From: Phallusia mammillata | Taxonomy: Eukaryota | Direction of reading: 5' to 3' | Length of the DNA: 64,000 nt | Assembly (NCBI GenBank): GCA_965637545.1 | Contig: OZ281497.1 | Coordinates: 27,094,001 to 27,158,000, forward strand | Part shown: piece by piece, positions 1 through 13,000 of the stretch | Layout of the letters: every line of letters starts with the position of its first letter | Position numbering within the stretch: position 1 is the first letter of the stretch | Made by a program: the position numbers and the translations under genes | Notes under the pieces: model-generated | Told to the model about the DNA's origin: nothing | What the model saw: the letters and a program-made list of their open reading frames with translations, nothing else | Database searches by the model: none

Positions 1-88
1 ATGTCACGGCCGCCCGTACTGATGCATTTAAGTTGACATGTCCGCGCCGCATAAATTCGTCTCCTCGGCCGCAGGTTGTGCACCCCTG
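1..88. mobile_element. Right end of a hAT-like MITE (truncated by the window edge)
   Basis: Ends in ggttgtgcacccctg (reverse complement CAGGGGTGCACAACC), resembling CAG-starting hAT MITE termini; the left end is not in the window. Confidence 0.45.
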
Positions 89-475
89 CACTAAAGCAAC
101 GTGATTTTGCAGCCAAAACGATTGGGTTGATTAGGATTACCACACTCAGATGTTTGTTTCATATCGTTTTTCATGATATGTAGTTTCTACATTTATTTTC
201 GTCGCCATGTCAATCACATTCATCCGATGCAAGTGATTGTAATGTCCAGTCCTCAGTTCGAAATCTCCACAACTTCAAAGTGTTTCAGATTTTCACATAA
301 AATCACTCAAAGAGGAAGGAGTGGAACTTTGGAAGTATACTTAAAGAGGCAAGCATCGTTATGAAAATATATTTCCTTTAGCAGGCCGTTTCCCAGTAAA
401 AGCAAAACTCTTAGCATACATATTATTTTAGTTCAACTTTAAGACAAAACTATCATTATGAAAGCATAGAGCCAA

Positions 476-544
476 TAAGCTGCAGACAGTGCACACTGTT
501 TCGACCTATAAAAGGTCTCATCACTGGTGACGAGAGATCGGCCG
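476..544 (-). ncRNA. Degenerate type I hammerhead ribozyme motif (family A repeat)
   Basis: Minus strand reads ccag-TGATGA-GACC ttttata GGTC-GAAA-C agt gtgc act G-TC-tgcagc. The 5' strand of stem I and C3 are lost through a 6-nt deletion relative to the other copies. Confidence 0.75.
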
Positions 545-592
545 CAGACTATAGGTTAGACTTGGGTTTTTACCCTGTTACTCCCAACAAAC

Positions 593-734
593 TGGAGTGC
601 GTTAGATTGCTACACTAGCAAATACGGCCGATCTCTCGTCACCAGCTGCACTGATGAGACCTTATAGGTTCGTTCCCGGGAGAGTCCTGGGTTCGAACCC
701 CGTGAAAAAAAAAGTGTGCACTGTCTGCAGCTTA
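593..734 (+). mobile_element. Family A hammerhead-bearing repeat, interrupted by a tRNA-like fragment with an A-tail
   Basis: gctgca-CTGATGA-GACC ttata GGT at 645-669, then an insert of about 670-713 (GGTTCGAACCC B-box/T-loop plus A9), then agtgtgcactGTC-tgcagc to 731. The upstream flank is homologous to 51915-51970. Inverted relative to the copy at 476-544. Confidence 0.7.
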
Positions 735-862
735 AAACTATTATTGGTTTAACAAAAAAACGTTGACAATTTATTACTGTTTTTAGTTGCTGTTCTTGAT
801 AATAGTTGCAGTAAAGTAAAGATAAGTTGTACATTTAATATATTCTCCACTTTTTATTGCAG

Positions 863-3800
863 GAACGCCTTGCCTATTGTTGGGAGTTCAATATATGCAG
901 GTCTGGATTTTGAAACCCTGCAACCAAAATCGTCTGATTTTCCAATTCTAACACTCAATGGAAATGAGGAAAGTTTATGGAACACATCAAGGTAACTCAA
1001 ATACCAACTGCTTCTTTCTTTCAGGTTTTGAACATACTTCAGTGTGTCAAATTAGACGTTGCTTTTACAACTGAATCATCTGCTCCATGCAAACTTGTAG
1101 GCAGTGTGATTGCTCTTTGGTGAATATAGTTGGTGTTAGAAAAAAGTAAACTTACTCTTATAAGAAAGTTTTCTTAGTTTAAAGGCATTTGATATTTAAT
1201 TGAAAAAAATGTTAAAAATTGTATTTTTTTCCATATTTCCCTTTGTTTTTACCTAGAGGTCAGTGTCAATTATGCTCTAGCACAGTTCGGAAACATGCTT
1301 GATTTAACGATTTAACTCAGCATGCGTAAAAATATAATTACTGACAATGTTGCAACTTTTGTAGTGTGCCAATCAAAGATGTTGGCGTATACAACATAGA
1401 AATCAAAATAACCGCAAAAATCGGTTACCATGGCGAAATCGCAGTCGATGACGTCATGCTGGTGGACGGCGACTGTTTTGACCATCAAAGCAACAAGGAC
1501 GGTAAGTGACGTCATCATACCCATGATGTCACATACTTTTCCTCAATATTTAAATTCTATTACAGAAAACAATGAGGAACGTGGTGAGATCAAATGCAAC
1601 TTCGACTTGCAGTCTTTCTGTGGGTGGAAGCAAGATCAGGTGACCGACGATTTTGACTGGCAACTTAACAGCGCCACCACGCGACAACGTCAAGTAGCGT
1701 TTCTCCTCACCGGACCAGAAGGCGACCACACCACCAACAGTTGAGTTTGGTGTCTGTTTGTTTTAATTTTAAAACACATTATCATCTCAAATGAATCCTG
1801 CCAAAACTTACATTCGGCGTTTGTGCCTTTTTGCCTACAGTGCGTAAGCTTTTGTGATCTTTCTCGAGGCACACGTGTTGATTGAGATACGCTCCGTTTC
1901 GCAAGTTGATTGCTTTTAGGGCTGCACTGTGGTGTTAGTCGTGTCAATATGTTCTGGAAGTGCTATTGAATGCACGTTTGGTGCAGTTTGTGTTTACCAC
2001 GAAAAGTTTTGTATAAGCTTCACCAGGCAGTTTATACGCAGCCGAGACTATCTCTAATACACATGTTTGAAGTATATGCATTTAAGTTCAAATACTCTCA
2101 TATGCACTTAAGACTGTGCTTTTACAGAAATCGTCCTGAACCAACGTGCGCTCAATACAGATGATTCAAGTTGCGGATAATCATAACTTAGTAAACTGAA
2201 GCTTTCAGTACACCTAAATCAATCCGTGTTTTTCGTATTGTAAATAAATAATATCGATTTCGCCGATTTAATGGCATCCTCAGTTCTAAGCAAGAAAAAT
2301 TAAGTTATTTAGGCAATAAAAGATGTAATAATAATAATAATAAAAGACTGTGGCAACGACAACACACTTCTCGACAACTAAATCAAACGTTAAAACGGAT
2401 ACAACATAACGACATTTCTTGCTTAGAACTGAGGATGCCATTATATCGGCGAAATCGATATTATTTATTTACAATACATTGCAACACGAAAAACACGGAT
2501 TGATTTAGGTGTACTGAAAGCTTCAGTTTACTAAGTTATATGCACTTAAGGTTATACAAAAACGGGCTTGAAAGCTGTTTGCTTCTATTTGTTTTGATTT
2601 TAAGTGTTGCATCTTTGTTTTAGACAGTTATTACGCTTACATCCCGTCCAACGAGCAAGTTCAGGGTGATGTAGCACGACTAACAAGCCCTGGCGTCCAT
2701 CTTGCTTTCAACCTCGATTACTGCTTCACATTTTGGCATCATATTCGGGGTTACAACACTGGCAATTTGACGGTGTCGACAGAGGACCAAATATCGGTAT
2801 GCACATTTTTTACATAAGCAGGCATAAATGACACATATAAACGAGAAAGCAATTTTACAGTATGATTTCGCCTATTAAACCATGTTGACGCTAACTTTAC
2901 ATTTCACCACATACAGTATTTAAAACCAGGTTAGGTCACTTTACTTAACTTTTATTTAGTAGCTTTCCGTTCGCTTGTCTAGCAATTTTCTGAACAATTA
3001 AAACCATTACACATTTTTGAAGAGTTGGCTCTTAACGTGTCCATTTTATTGAACGTTTACTTTTTGTAGGGAAAACGGACCAAACTATGGACAAAATCAG
3101 TTTTGACGTATGATGACTTAGCAGATTGGGAGATAACGTATCTCGATGTATCGCCTCCGTCATTCAGCGATAGTTTATCTATGTTTACTACATTGCGTTT
3201 CGTTATTGAAGCAAACGTCATCAGCTATTATGGAGATATTGCCATTGATGACATCATGTTCCACAATGTGTCCTGTCAGTTTGTCAAATCCGGTAAGAAA
3301 AGGGTAAAGTCACATTTACCTTATTTAGCATTTTATGTTATTCATGTATATTGTATGACTTGTTTTGGAGTGCGATTTTTCCAGCTTACTGTGTGACCAG
3401 TTAACGCATGCTAATATGCGTTTTTTGTTTGCTTTGTCCGGACACTTTAAGGAGTTTGCTTGTGTGGGAGCAATGCCCTAAATTGTTACTTAATTGAAAA
3501 TACATCTGGTTTATTTTTAATAATAACAACAAATACAATATAGTATTGTAGCACTTCATAGACCTAATTGACCATTACAGACATTAAAGTTCATTAAAGA
3601 GCAAACATTTGCTATTAAATTTAACAATCACAATCATCAATTTAGGTCTTCCATCAAAAAACGACAGAGTCAAGTATCCAGCTTTGCAACAGAATAACAT
3701 TCCAACAAAGCCACCCTTACTCTACTCCATACCGCCCCCGAGTGGAGATGTGGAAAGTCGGTTTCACACCTCGGTTGCATATAAAGGTACCGAATCCACA

Positions 3801-5711
3801 TAAAGTCTAAAATAATGTGATAAATGCAATATGGATGTCTAAATTTTTGCAAAACGTTTAAAATTTAACTAACTAAGAAGAATATTGTTGTTTGAGGGGC
3901 AAACAAAGTACTATATGACTTAACCTTTCAACAAAGCTATCTTTCAAAAATGATTTGTTAATATCTGTTAACATGCCAATACAATGGCCAATTTGTTCTC
4001 GTTAAAGCATCTTTCATGCATCTTGTGTGCCCAGCATGGTATATTAAAATATTATTTGTTTTGCATTTATGTTAGTCAAGGAGAATCGCGACTCTGTAGC
4101 GCTGCTAGTGGATGCATCAACATCCCGTTGCAATCAAACTGGTGATGACGTCATTGCTCCCAGTTTGGAGGCGAACGTTGAATCAGAAAAAAAATTTTTG
4201 TCGAATTTGATTCAATATTGGAGCGAAGAAAAAAGCGGTTTACCATCTCTCACTCTTGTAAGTTTATCGCAGTAAATATCTAAGCTATTGCTGCCAGACA
4301 TATTCTCAAGTTTGAAGAGCTCTTCTGGCAAATGTATTTTTTATTCCGACGTCCTGTACAGGTCGCATTCATCAGGGTAAATAACACTAAATGCGCGTAG
4401 TACAGTGCACGATAAACAAAGAGGAAAAATAATTATACGCAACGAAAACACAATAATTTTTGAGCAGGTGCCTGTAGCACGCTGGAAACATAACGTCTGT
4501 TTTGATGTTTATCGCAGTAAGTTTGTAGTCGTTTGCTGAGCTGAGTTCTTGCATTATATTTACCTTGCATGAAGCTTAAACGTAAACTCGTTTTTTTGCC
4601 CGCTTCGAACGATGTTATGAACAAAAATATTCCAGGGAAAACAAGCAGTTTTAAGTTGTTACAAACATACTTTTATTTGACATTAAAACGCAGCGACTTT
4701 GTTACAATTTCAATTCCGAAAACACTGATGTTTTTGTTGTTTACAAATTTGCGCATTGGCAATGATTTTGCAAGAAGTTTACACCAAAACGGTTTAAACG
4801 ACCACGTACATTATGATTCCTAATTGTACCAGTTTTAGTGTCACAGTTAGTCAGTATATTATGCGCCTATAACGTTTGTTTTCCACAGTACAACATGTTT
4901 GCAAATTTTTTTCTATTACAACAGACGACTTACGCAGGTTGGCAACGTAATGTGATTGCTGATGAGGAAAATCTTACAGCTCACCAAACTTTTCGACGGA
5001 TAAACGCAATTCGACCCATGTGTGCCGCTGGAAGACCGCTCCGTAGACTTTCAAGAGCGTCGCGCTTTATACGTCATCACATGACGTCACTGGATGACGT
5101 AGTAGCGGTGATCGTTGTTGCGCAATCGCTGAAATTAGGTAGGAGCATTGTGGTTTTGCTTTTCATAGGAAGTTTGGCTATTTTTTTTCTTGAAGGTAAC
5201 TCACGAGATGGTTGGAGGCTTGCTGCTCTTGAGTTGAGTGCAATCCACTCAAGATTAAGTGAAAAAGGACGAAGGGTGATTGTCTTAGGTATTGGGACTC
5301 GCTTAAACAGCAGTTCCTTTTACAAGGTAAACTCTAACGATATATAATATCAAGCATTACTGCAGATGGGACATACATACACCTAATAGTTATGAACGTA
5401 ACTCTTACAGTAATTGTTGTTGTTGTTGTTTTTGTTTTTTTTTGTTATGCGAAAGCATTTTAACTTTATCTTTCTAGACTTTCTTGCCGTTCACTTTTTA
5501 AACCCACTAGATTTTTTTATTTATAACTTATGTGTTTCACCAGAGCGAATTAAGTCTTGTGGCGTGCGGTCACGTGATACACACTCTTTGTGACGACATT
5601 TTCTTTACCGATGACGTCACCGTTGGTAAGGAGGTTGCGTCGTTAGTGAACAGCGAGCGGGAAAGGCGAATGCATTCGAACTCGTTTGAAGCGAGTTCGG
5701 AAGTTTTGTAA
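863..5711 (+). CDS. MAM-MAM-linker-VWA extracellular protein, 3' portion (5' exons outside the window)
   Basis: GT-AG exons with consistent phases: 863-991, 1365-1501 (GEIAVDDVMLVDGDC, MAM end), 1566-1739 (CNFDLQSFCGW..DDFDW..TGPEGDHT, MAM start), 2624-2796 (ARLTSP..CFTFWHH), 3070-3292 (GDIAIDDI), 3646-3786 (Pro-rich linker), 4076-4257 (VALLVDASTS, VWA), 4925-5138, 5196-5326 (VIVLGIG), 5544-5711 (SELSLVA..., stop TAA). The terminal exon also contains a possible alternative donor. Confidence 0.85.
2183..2539. repeat. Foldback/MITE-like element with ~115-125 bp inverted arms in an intron of the MAM gene
   Basis: 2183-2297 is the reverse complement of 2415-2539 (the right arm has a ~10-nt insertion); the spacer contains a (TAA)n tract. 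Confidence 0.85.
4276..4506 (-). mobile_element. Solo Penelope-type terminal repeat (family B) with a broken hammerhead and a 14-bp TSD
   Basis: Homologous to 62281-62540. Flanked by the direct repeat gtttatcgcagtaa at 4262-4275 and 4507-4520. The minus strand has CTGATGA and stem II, but the GAAACGTC unit is deleted (about 4344-4377). Confidence 0.75.
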
Positions 5712-5768
5712 AAAATGCCTGAATAGCGATTACTGGTATAAACGTCATGTTTTGCTATTGAAGAGGGA

Positions 5769-6042
5769 GGTAGAGCTACTAACACCATAACAAGAATCAC
5801 ACCCCAAATTTGATTGGTTATATCTCCAAAAATGCTCACGGTTAGGGCTATTAGGGTCGGGGTAAGGTATTAGCACTTAGAATTCAATAAAACTAACCCA
5901 AAAAATTAGTTACTAATGTAAAAATTTTATGGAAATATTTCCCAACCCAACCCATTTATAGCCGCTAAATAAAAAATCAACTCTTTACGCCCCCTTGTGA
6001 AAGCGAAGTTATGATTCTCGTTATGTTGTTAGTAGCTCTACC
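5769..6042. mobile_element. MITE (TIR GGTAGAGCTACT..., 9-bp TSD)
   Basis: TIRs at 5769-5799 and 6012-6042; TSD gaagaggga at 5760-5768 and 6043-6051; the interior is nearly identical to 17505-17690. Confidence 0.85.
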
Positions 6043-6475
6043 GAAGAGGGAAGGAACTCTTTAAGGAATGAAACAGGATACTTTGCTACTTTTGTGTATA
6101 GCTGCTTGTGGGGCACGGGCCCGAGATGTCATATGTTGCTAGTGTATGCTTTACCTCGATTAAGTGTCATTGTCCATGATCTTAACTGCCTAATAGTATG
6201 TTACTATTATTGTTGTTATTTTCAAAGTTTCAAACTTTATTTGTACACCTATTTCATCAAAAATGTTTGTACACACGAGCAAAGCATAAAATGTAAACGA
6301 AGCGCAAAAGTAGAAAACAAGACAATAGAAGAGCTCACAGCGTTTTTGCCACAGGTAAAATATAGCTTGCAACATGATGATTGAACAATAAATGCGTAGA
6401 ACCAACAGTTGACACCTCAGAATTTTTGACAACAATTCGATTGTTCATTTGCTCTTTCAAGACACACCTTATAGT

Positions 6476-6637
6476 CAGTGGTGGGATTCACATTTTTGTC
6501 ATATGGTTCTATCACAGAAGTCATATTTTTCCGCTGGTTCTGTTACAAAAAGTCCATTGACATTAACCAGTAATGCTAACCGGTTCGTTGACATCCTAAT
6601 ATTAGAACCGGTGCCAACCGACTGAATCACACCACTG
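6476..6637. mobile_element. hAT-type MITE (162 bp)
   Basis: TIR CAGTGGTGGGATTCA / TGAATCACACCACTG; 8-bp TSD cttatagt at 6468-6475 and 6638-6645. Confidence 0.9.
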
Positions 6638-7007
6638 CTTATAGTTAACATTAGTCGGAGAACTAAATCAAGTCAAAGATATCCAGTTTTTAATAGAAGG
6701 CAAAAAACATGATTTTCGCTCTTTTAATATATGCGTTATATTTCAAATACGAAACTTTTAATATCTTAAGCGTACAGTTTTTAAATACAGTTTTGACTGG
6801 AGGCACGTAAGATTACAAATTCGAGTAGAAAACGTTACACGAAATTCGGACAAAGATAAAGGTACAATCAATCCAACAGCAAAATCATAACGAATATTTC
6901 ATGCAAACAAAGACGAGAAAAATCAAAGAAAAATATAAACAGTATTGCCATAATCTAACCAAAAGTGCATGTATACTTTGAAAAAACATACAAGAAAAAA
7001 AGTTGCT

Positions 7008-10000
7008 TCAGTTTTGTCTGACTTGGTTTTGTGATGACTTTCCGATGCCATTCTGTGAAACCTGTGGGCGTGAATTGTTTAGTTGGAAGGAATTTCCTAT
7101 TGAACTGCGATTCCAGGCTTGAATGACTGCATTGCGGACTTCGTGATTAAGTGGAATGTAAACCAGAAACAGGAAAAATCCTTGAAGTCCAACAGTTATC
7201 ACGTACCAGTATAAAAATCCATGGGATGTAACTAAAAACATAACGAGAAAATTTTATCGCTGTTACAGAATAGGAATCTTTAAGTTTTGTGAAAAACGTT
7301 GATGAATTCAATATAATGAATTGAAAAAATTCAATATAACTTCTGAAATTCTACGGTTAGTGGATGAATGTTATTGTGATGTATTTTTTACTACGTAATT
7401 GAAAAAGTAAATTGTTTGTACGGCAGACTGTAAAAAATACCTTTACCCCAAAAAGCCCAATGAAAATTGTTAACTTATAAAACACTACTAGTTCAAGTAA
7501 AAAAGGCATCAAAAATGTAGGTCAAGTTTTAGAAATACCTAAAATGAAACAATGAAACTAGAACAGACCATGACAATACATTACCAGCCAATGTAAACAA
7601 TTGTAACATCCTACTTAAGCTTTTTATCACCTTTTACCATTCAAAACACACACATTAATTTTGCGGAACACTCACAATATTGTAACCAAGAAAAATCGAG
7701 CAAGCCTTACTTTGCATAAGACTAAGACACCATGGAATCCCAAGGGCTGGAAGAAGCATCAGCATTGCTCGAAACGCCGCCTGTGCGTGTGTCAAGTTTG
7801 CCTGCATCAAGTTGTCGTTGCTGACATCTCTGTCGGCCGCTGCCTTAAACTTGTCCCGTTTCTTGCTCATCTTGAACACGAACACACCCGCTCTTATTAG
7901 AATGATGAGGTTGGCCAGGAGGACCAGAGCAACGGGAAGAATCAAGCTGAGAATTTGGACCACCGATCCGGGAGTCATCCAACATTTGGAGAAACGTCCC
8001 AGCTGCGGGTAGGACCCAGCAACGATACCCGGTGTCTTGTCCATGTAGGAGTCCGTTGTAAACCCGACCGAGGTTGCTATGGTAACTACAACTGCAGGGA
8101 CGCCCCACCCGAGGACGAGTTTCGTGATCCGCTCGTTACGTGTGTTTTCAGCTCGCAGTCTGTTGCCGAACGTGTGCTTCGCCAGCGTGATTCCTTCCAG
8201 TAACATCCAAGCGGCTACGAAAAACAGTTGGTTAGTCAGATTTTTTTAGAATCAGATTCTTTACTCGAATGTTAAACAGAATTTTTTTCGTTTGTTGCTT
8301 AAGAAGCGAAAAGGGTGTCTCGATAGTACTGTCAAAGCTGTATGTAAGTAAGGGCGGTTGGGGCTTGGCTGTGGCTTAAACTAGAATGAAATATACCTGT
8401 TTTGGGGCCTAAATTTATACTCCGCCACAGTTCCTTGGCAAATTTAAGTTTTAGAAGAAATTTGGTTCGGTTCGGGTTTCGGGCCCACTTAGAGGAACAA
8501 AACCTTAAACAAGGGACTTAAACTTCTTGTAACATTCACTTCTTTGCAGAGATAGCTAATATCACAATTAATATTCTGATGTTGCAACGCATTTATTTGT
8601 TCTGTTCATTGTGAAAAAATTGTAACGTTTATTCTGTGCGTTGAAAACAAAATAAAATTGAAATTGAATTGATGTTCATCAGCTAGCATTCGTCGCAAGG
8701 GGTCAGCAAAACATCAGGTGCCTTACGGACAAGTCAAAAAAGTCAATTTTGTTTGGTTACGTTGAAACGTTAAGTCTAGTACACGGGTTCCCAAACTTTT
8801 TTGGACTGTGGCCCAAATGTCTAGTAAATTGCGATTCGTGGCCCACCCAGTGCTGTAAATTTCGGCACAAACAAAAACATAACTCAAAAACAGGCGAAAT
8901 GGTTTCTAGCAATTTATTTTCAATGAGATACATGCTCCTGAAATTTGGCTACAAGATTCGGAATTCTTTGCAAAAATTACGTTTTTCAAAACAAAGCGCA
9001 TAATATCTACAGTATAACAAAACAGTAGAATCTATTCAAATGGCTCTGTGGCCCATTGAAAATGTCGTGGTGGCCTAGTACTGGGCCATGGCCCACAGTT
9101 TGGGAACCACTGGTCTAGTATATAGGATTAACTAGCTGACTTGTAAATTTGGTATTTTTAACAGGTCAAAGTAGGCCGTCTCATGGACAAAAACAGACAG
9201 CGTTGCATTCTGTATGCCAGCTAGCGCAATCAAGGTAGTTTAACAGTTAATCTGAAACCTGTAGACGTAAATATCCACGAAATAAACGGACAAGCATTCA
9301 AACGTAGGCATGTCTGATGTTAAAGCTTACCAGATGAAAGAAGAAAATAATGTGTAATGACAGCGACCGCCTGACAAGCTGACGCATTCAGACGCGCCAC
9401 GTCACTCAACAAAATGAAGATATGGAAGAAGATGAGCGATATGGTGAGGTTTATCTGCACAACGGTTCGTTTCGACCTCAGTCTTTTCCGCACTTTCAGT
9501 AATACCAGAAATGTGCCTACGAGTGAAACGAGTGATATTGCTCCGACCACGTACGACAGGATCTGTAAACGAACAGGGTTGCTTCTTGAAGTTAGGCTTC
9601 GTTAGCGACAGAAACAGTAGTGTTATTGAAAGAAGATACGATATATAGTATGACCTATTGTTGGATTGTGTCATTGCCTTAATGCTTAGGCAGTTTTAAC
9701 CTGTTTGATTTTTATTTTACCCCATTTATTGGGCAAATATACACCTCATACATCATTTGTAAAGACAATTAATCAATTCAAAGGGATCCGTAAAGATACA
9801 ATACAAGTCTGTAAACCTAATGTAGGGACGTTTGCAATCGAGTATCAAAATACAATTTATTAGCTTAATGTGGCTTTCAAAAAGAAAAAAAATGCTCAAC
9901 ATTTGTTTCATTTTCATTTTACAGTAAGAAACAGTAGCAGTGAAAGAGATTACTTTTTGGTTGATTTTAGCAGAAAATGGAACTTGTTTAGTTCTGTCGA

Positions 10001-13000
10001 TTTACCTTGACTCGAGGTGGTATTGTGAAAGTCGTGAGTGACATGAGAGATGCAAATATTGTTGTGTGGTTCGACACACAGTAATATTCTGGTGACGAGC
10101 TGTTCACTGATGTCACACCAAATGTCGAGAATCTGTGAAAAACATCATCTTAGTAATAGTTTTAGTCAATATATAGGTGAATGCCATATTTGTCTAAGTT
10201 TAATTGCAACGCCGCAAAAATAAACAACAAATATATATTTGAATCAAGTGGAATATCTAAATTATTTTCTTAGCTTTGGCGCAAATCTGTGTGCGTTGTC
10301 GGTAACAAATTGTGTTGATTATTTTTTGTGGTGCAGCAAGTGACCGCTATATAGGCAGCGGATACAAATTAGATGTGTGTTTTTTCTTTGATGTATTGTA
10401 TTTAAGCTTAATTCAATGTTCATATGTCCAAATCGTCTTTCTTTGTGTCAAGTTATTTAAATCATCTCAAAATCATGCGTCAAAGGTAAATTAAGCAAAA
10501 ATTGGTCATTCTAACTACCAAAGCAAAGGAAAACAAATCAAGTTGATTGACTGTTTAAATTGAGGCGATTTACTGTTTAAATATAGAGATTGATTTTTAT
10601 GATAATTGGTTTTAAATAATTGACTGACAATTTTTAACAAATTTATTTTCACACTACAATAAAATAGGACAATATCGAAACATAATCTTTATTCACAGTA
10701 CGCCAAACCCATTGAAGGCGCCACACCGTATATGCTTGGTGACCGGCTGATTCGGTATTGCGCCTTCAATGGGCCTGGCGTATACTGTGATTTGCAGATG
10801 AGTGTGCCGTGATCGCTGGTCTGCAAAAACGCTTCAAGACTGATCCCAGTTATAAATTTATGTTCATCTTAGAATCTTTATTATTATATTTTTCCAACTT
10901 TAACAACTTACTTCCCGGTTTCGAGATCCAAGTAAACGCATTTCATCGCTGCACCTATGATCCCGACGTCATCAAGTGACGCAGCAGCGGGAAATGACGT
11001 CACATCGGTGAGATTGGCCAAAGAGCAGTTGATTGGAATCGTGTAGTTTACAGGCGTTGATTCTTGTGTAAAAATATTCAGCAATGAAAGCAGTGGAATC
11101 TCTATACTTAGAAGCTGATCGTAATTTTGCGGCCAAACCGGCTGATTAAGATATTTTTTCATCTCGTTTAATGTTGGCTTTGACGATGAAATTTTCGCTG
11201 TAACGTCATCCTCGATTCCCAGCACATTTGCACAGCTTGCGTTGCTCAGTGCTTGAGACGCAAAAAGACCTGAAACAGAGTTCAATTAGTTTCTGTAGCG
11301 TGTGTAAGCTTATATATCCATTTTTGCTTGGATCAATAAAATGTTAAATTTGTACGACATTTGATTTTTCGTTCGATTTTCTGTAAATGTTACAATTAAC
11401 GCCCAATTTTAAAAAAGTAGTCATATTCGGAATATTGCTTATTTTCCAGACCCAAGTGACTTTTTGAGTTTAAACAAAACTGCTAAAGAAAAAATTTGCA
11501 CAAACGGTTTTGTTGAAAATCTGGGTGCACATATCCCTCAGTTACACGATAAATTTAGTTATCCATTCAGAAGGTAAAAAAATGCATCCTTTCAGAAGGT
11601 TAATAAAAAAATGCATTGTTTGCAACGTGGTGAAGACGTAAAAAGGAAACAGTAGTGTTGCGGCAAACGCCCAAACCCATCAGTGATCTGTTCGCAGTTG
11701 TCATCTGTGAGCATAGTAGTATTCCCAGCTTTGACTTACTTTTCTTGCAGCTTTCCAAAATAGTCATTAGAACGGTTTTAACGTCTTCCGTGAGGTTTTC
11801 GTACGTCGACAAAACAACCCTCTCTTTAGAAACACCTCCATTTGCACTCTCACTCAGCTGCTTTTTGTCCACCTTTGCACCAATTCCAATCGCATACACA
11901 GATACATTGTGGGCAGAGGATATTTTATAACTGTAAAATAAATAAATAGATTTCAAATATTGGTACACCATTTCATCGACGTTTAGGACCTATGATAGGA
12001 TTGGTTGTTCCATTACTAGCCCGTCTTATGCTTTGACCCAACAAATTTTAAGTTTAATTTTTGTTGAATGTGAGTGTATCCTGTTCGGTATTGTTGGTTT
12101 GCATAAGTTCCTTCTAAACTTGCCAGAAACGGACAAGTACTCTAAATGCCATTCAGAATTTGCCAGTTGCACTTAAAAGAAATGCGTGTTGTATGTTGAA
12201 TCCTATCTCGTTATTTATTGTACTTCACCTTTCCAGCAAATTGTAATCGTCGGTAGCCAATCCGTCGGTGAAAAGTATAAGATGCTTTAAAGAGACATTC
12301 GCATTTACAGACTCGGCAAAATCAACCTGCATTAAAACACAACTTGTGATGATCGTTATTTGGATTTACAACACAGCTCTCTCGCATCTTCTCTTCTGTG
12401 AGGAATTAACTTTTTGTAACATCAAGCACTAATGAAGGCGACCTGTATAGGACGTCGAAACGTCGGAATTAAAATACATTTGCCAGAAGAGCTCTATAAA
12501 CCTGATCAAGCACTTAAATTCGTTATTTATTTGTTATTTTCAGTCCTACTTTTTACCTACAATGCATTGCGATTTTTAAAACAGATCAACCGAATTATAA
12601 ACTAGCTTCACTGAAATAAAATATCTCAGATAGCTTAGGGTTGCCATACGTCAGGATTTTCCCTGACATGTCCGGGAATTTAGTGTCTGCGTCAGGGAGA
12701 AATGTTAAAATGTATTTAAAAGTCAGGAATTTAAGAAAAAATATAGCTATACTAGCACTTAGCTACAACCGCGTCTATACCATGAAACGTAAAGAGGTAA
12801 ACTTGCGGCGGGCAGGTTAACGCACAAGGTTACTGTTTCGTTTTGCAGTGTGTGTGCGCGCGTAACAATACCTGTTTGTTACTAGTTGTCTAACAATACG
12901 CGTTAAATACAGAAATAAAAATCCGCGTCTCAAGAAAACACAGCGTTCGATGCTACGTGGGAACGTGGGAAGTTTCATTTGCTACAAGGAATTAACTGAC

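Noticed and set aside
10693-10820. Apparent GPCR exon (strong acceptor, open frame)
   Set aside because: The phase-compatible frame hits a stop; the region is a palindrome, and the true GPS exon (10132-10006) joins in phase without it.
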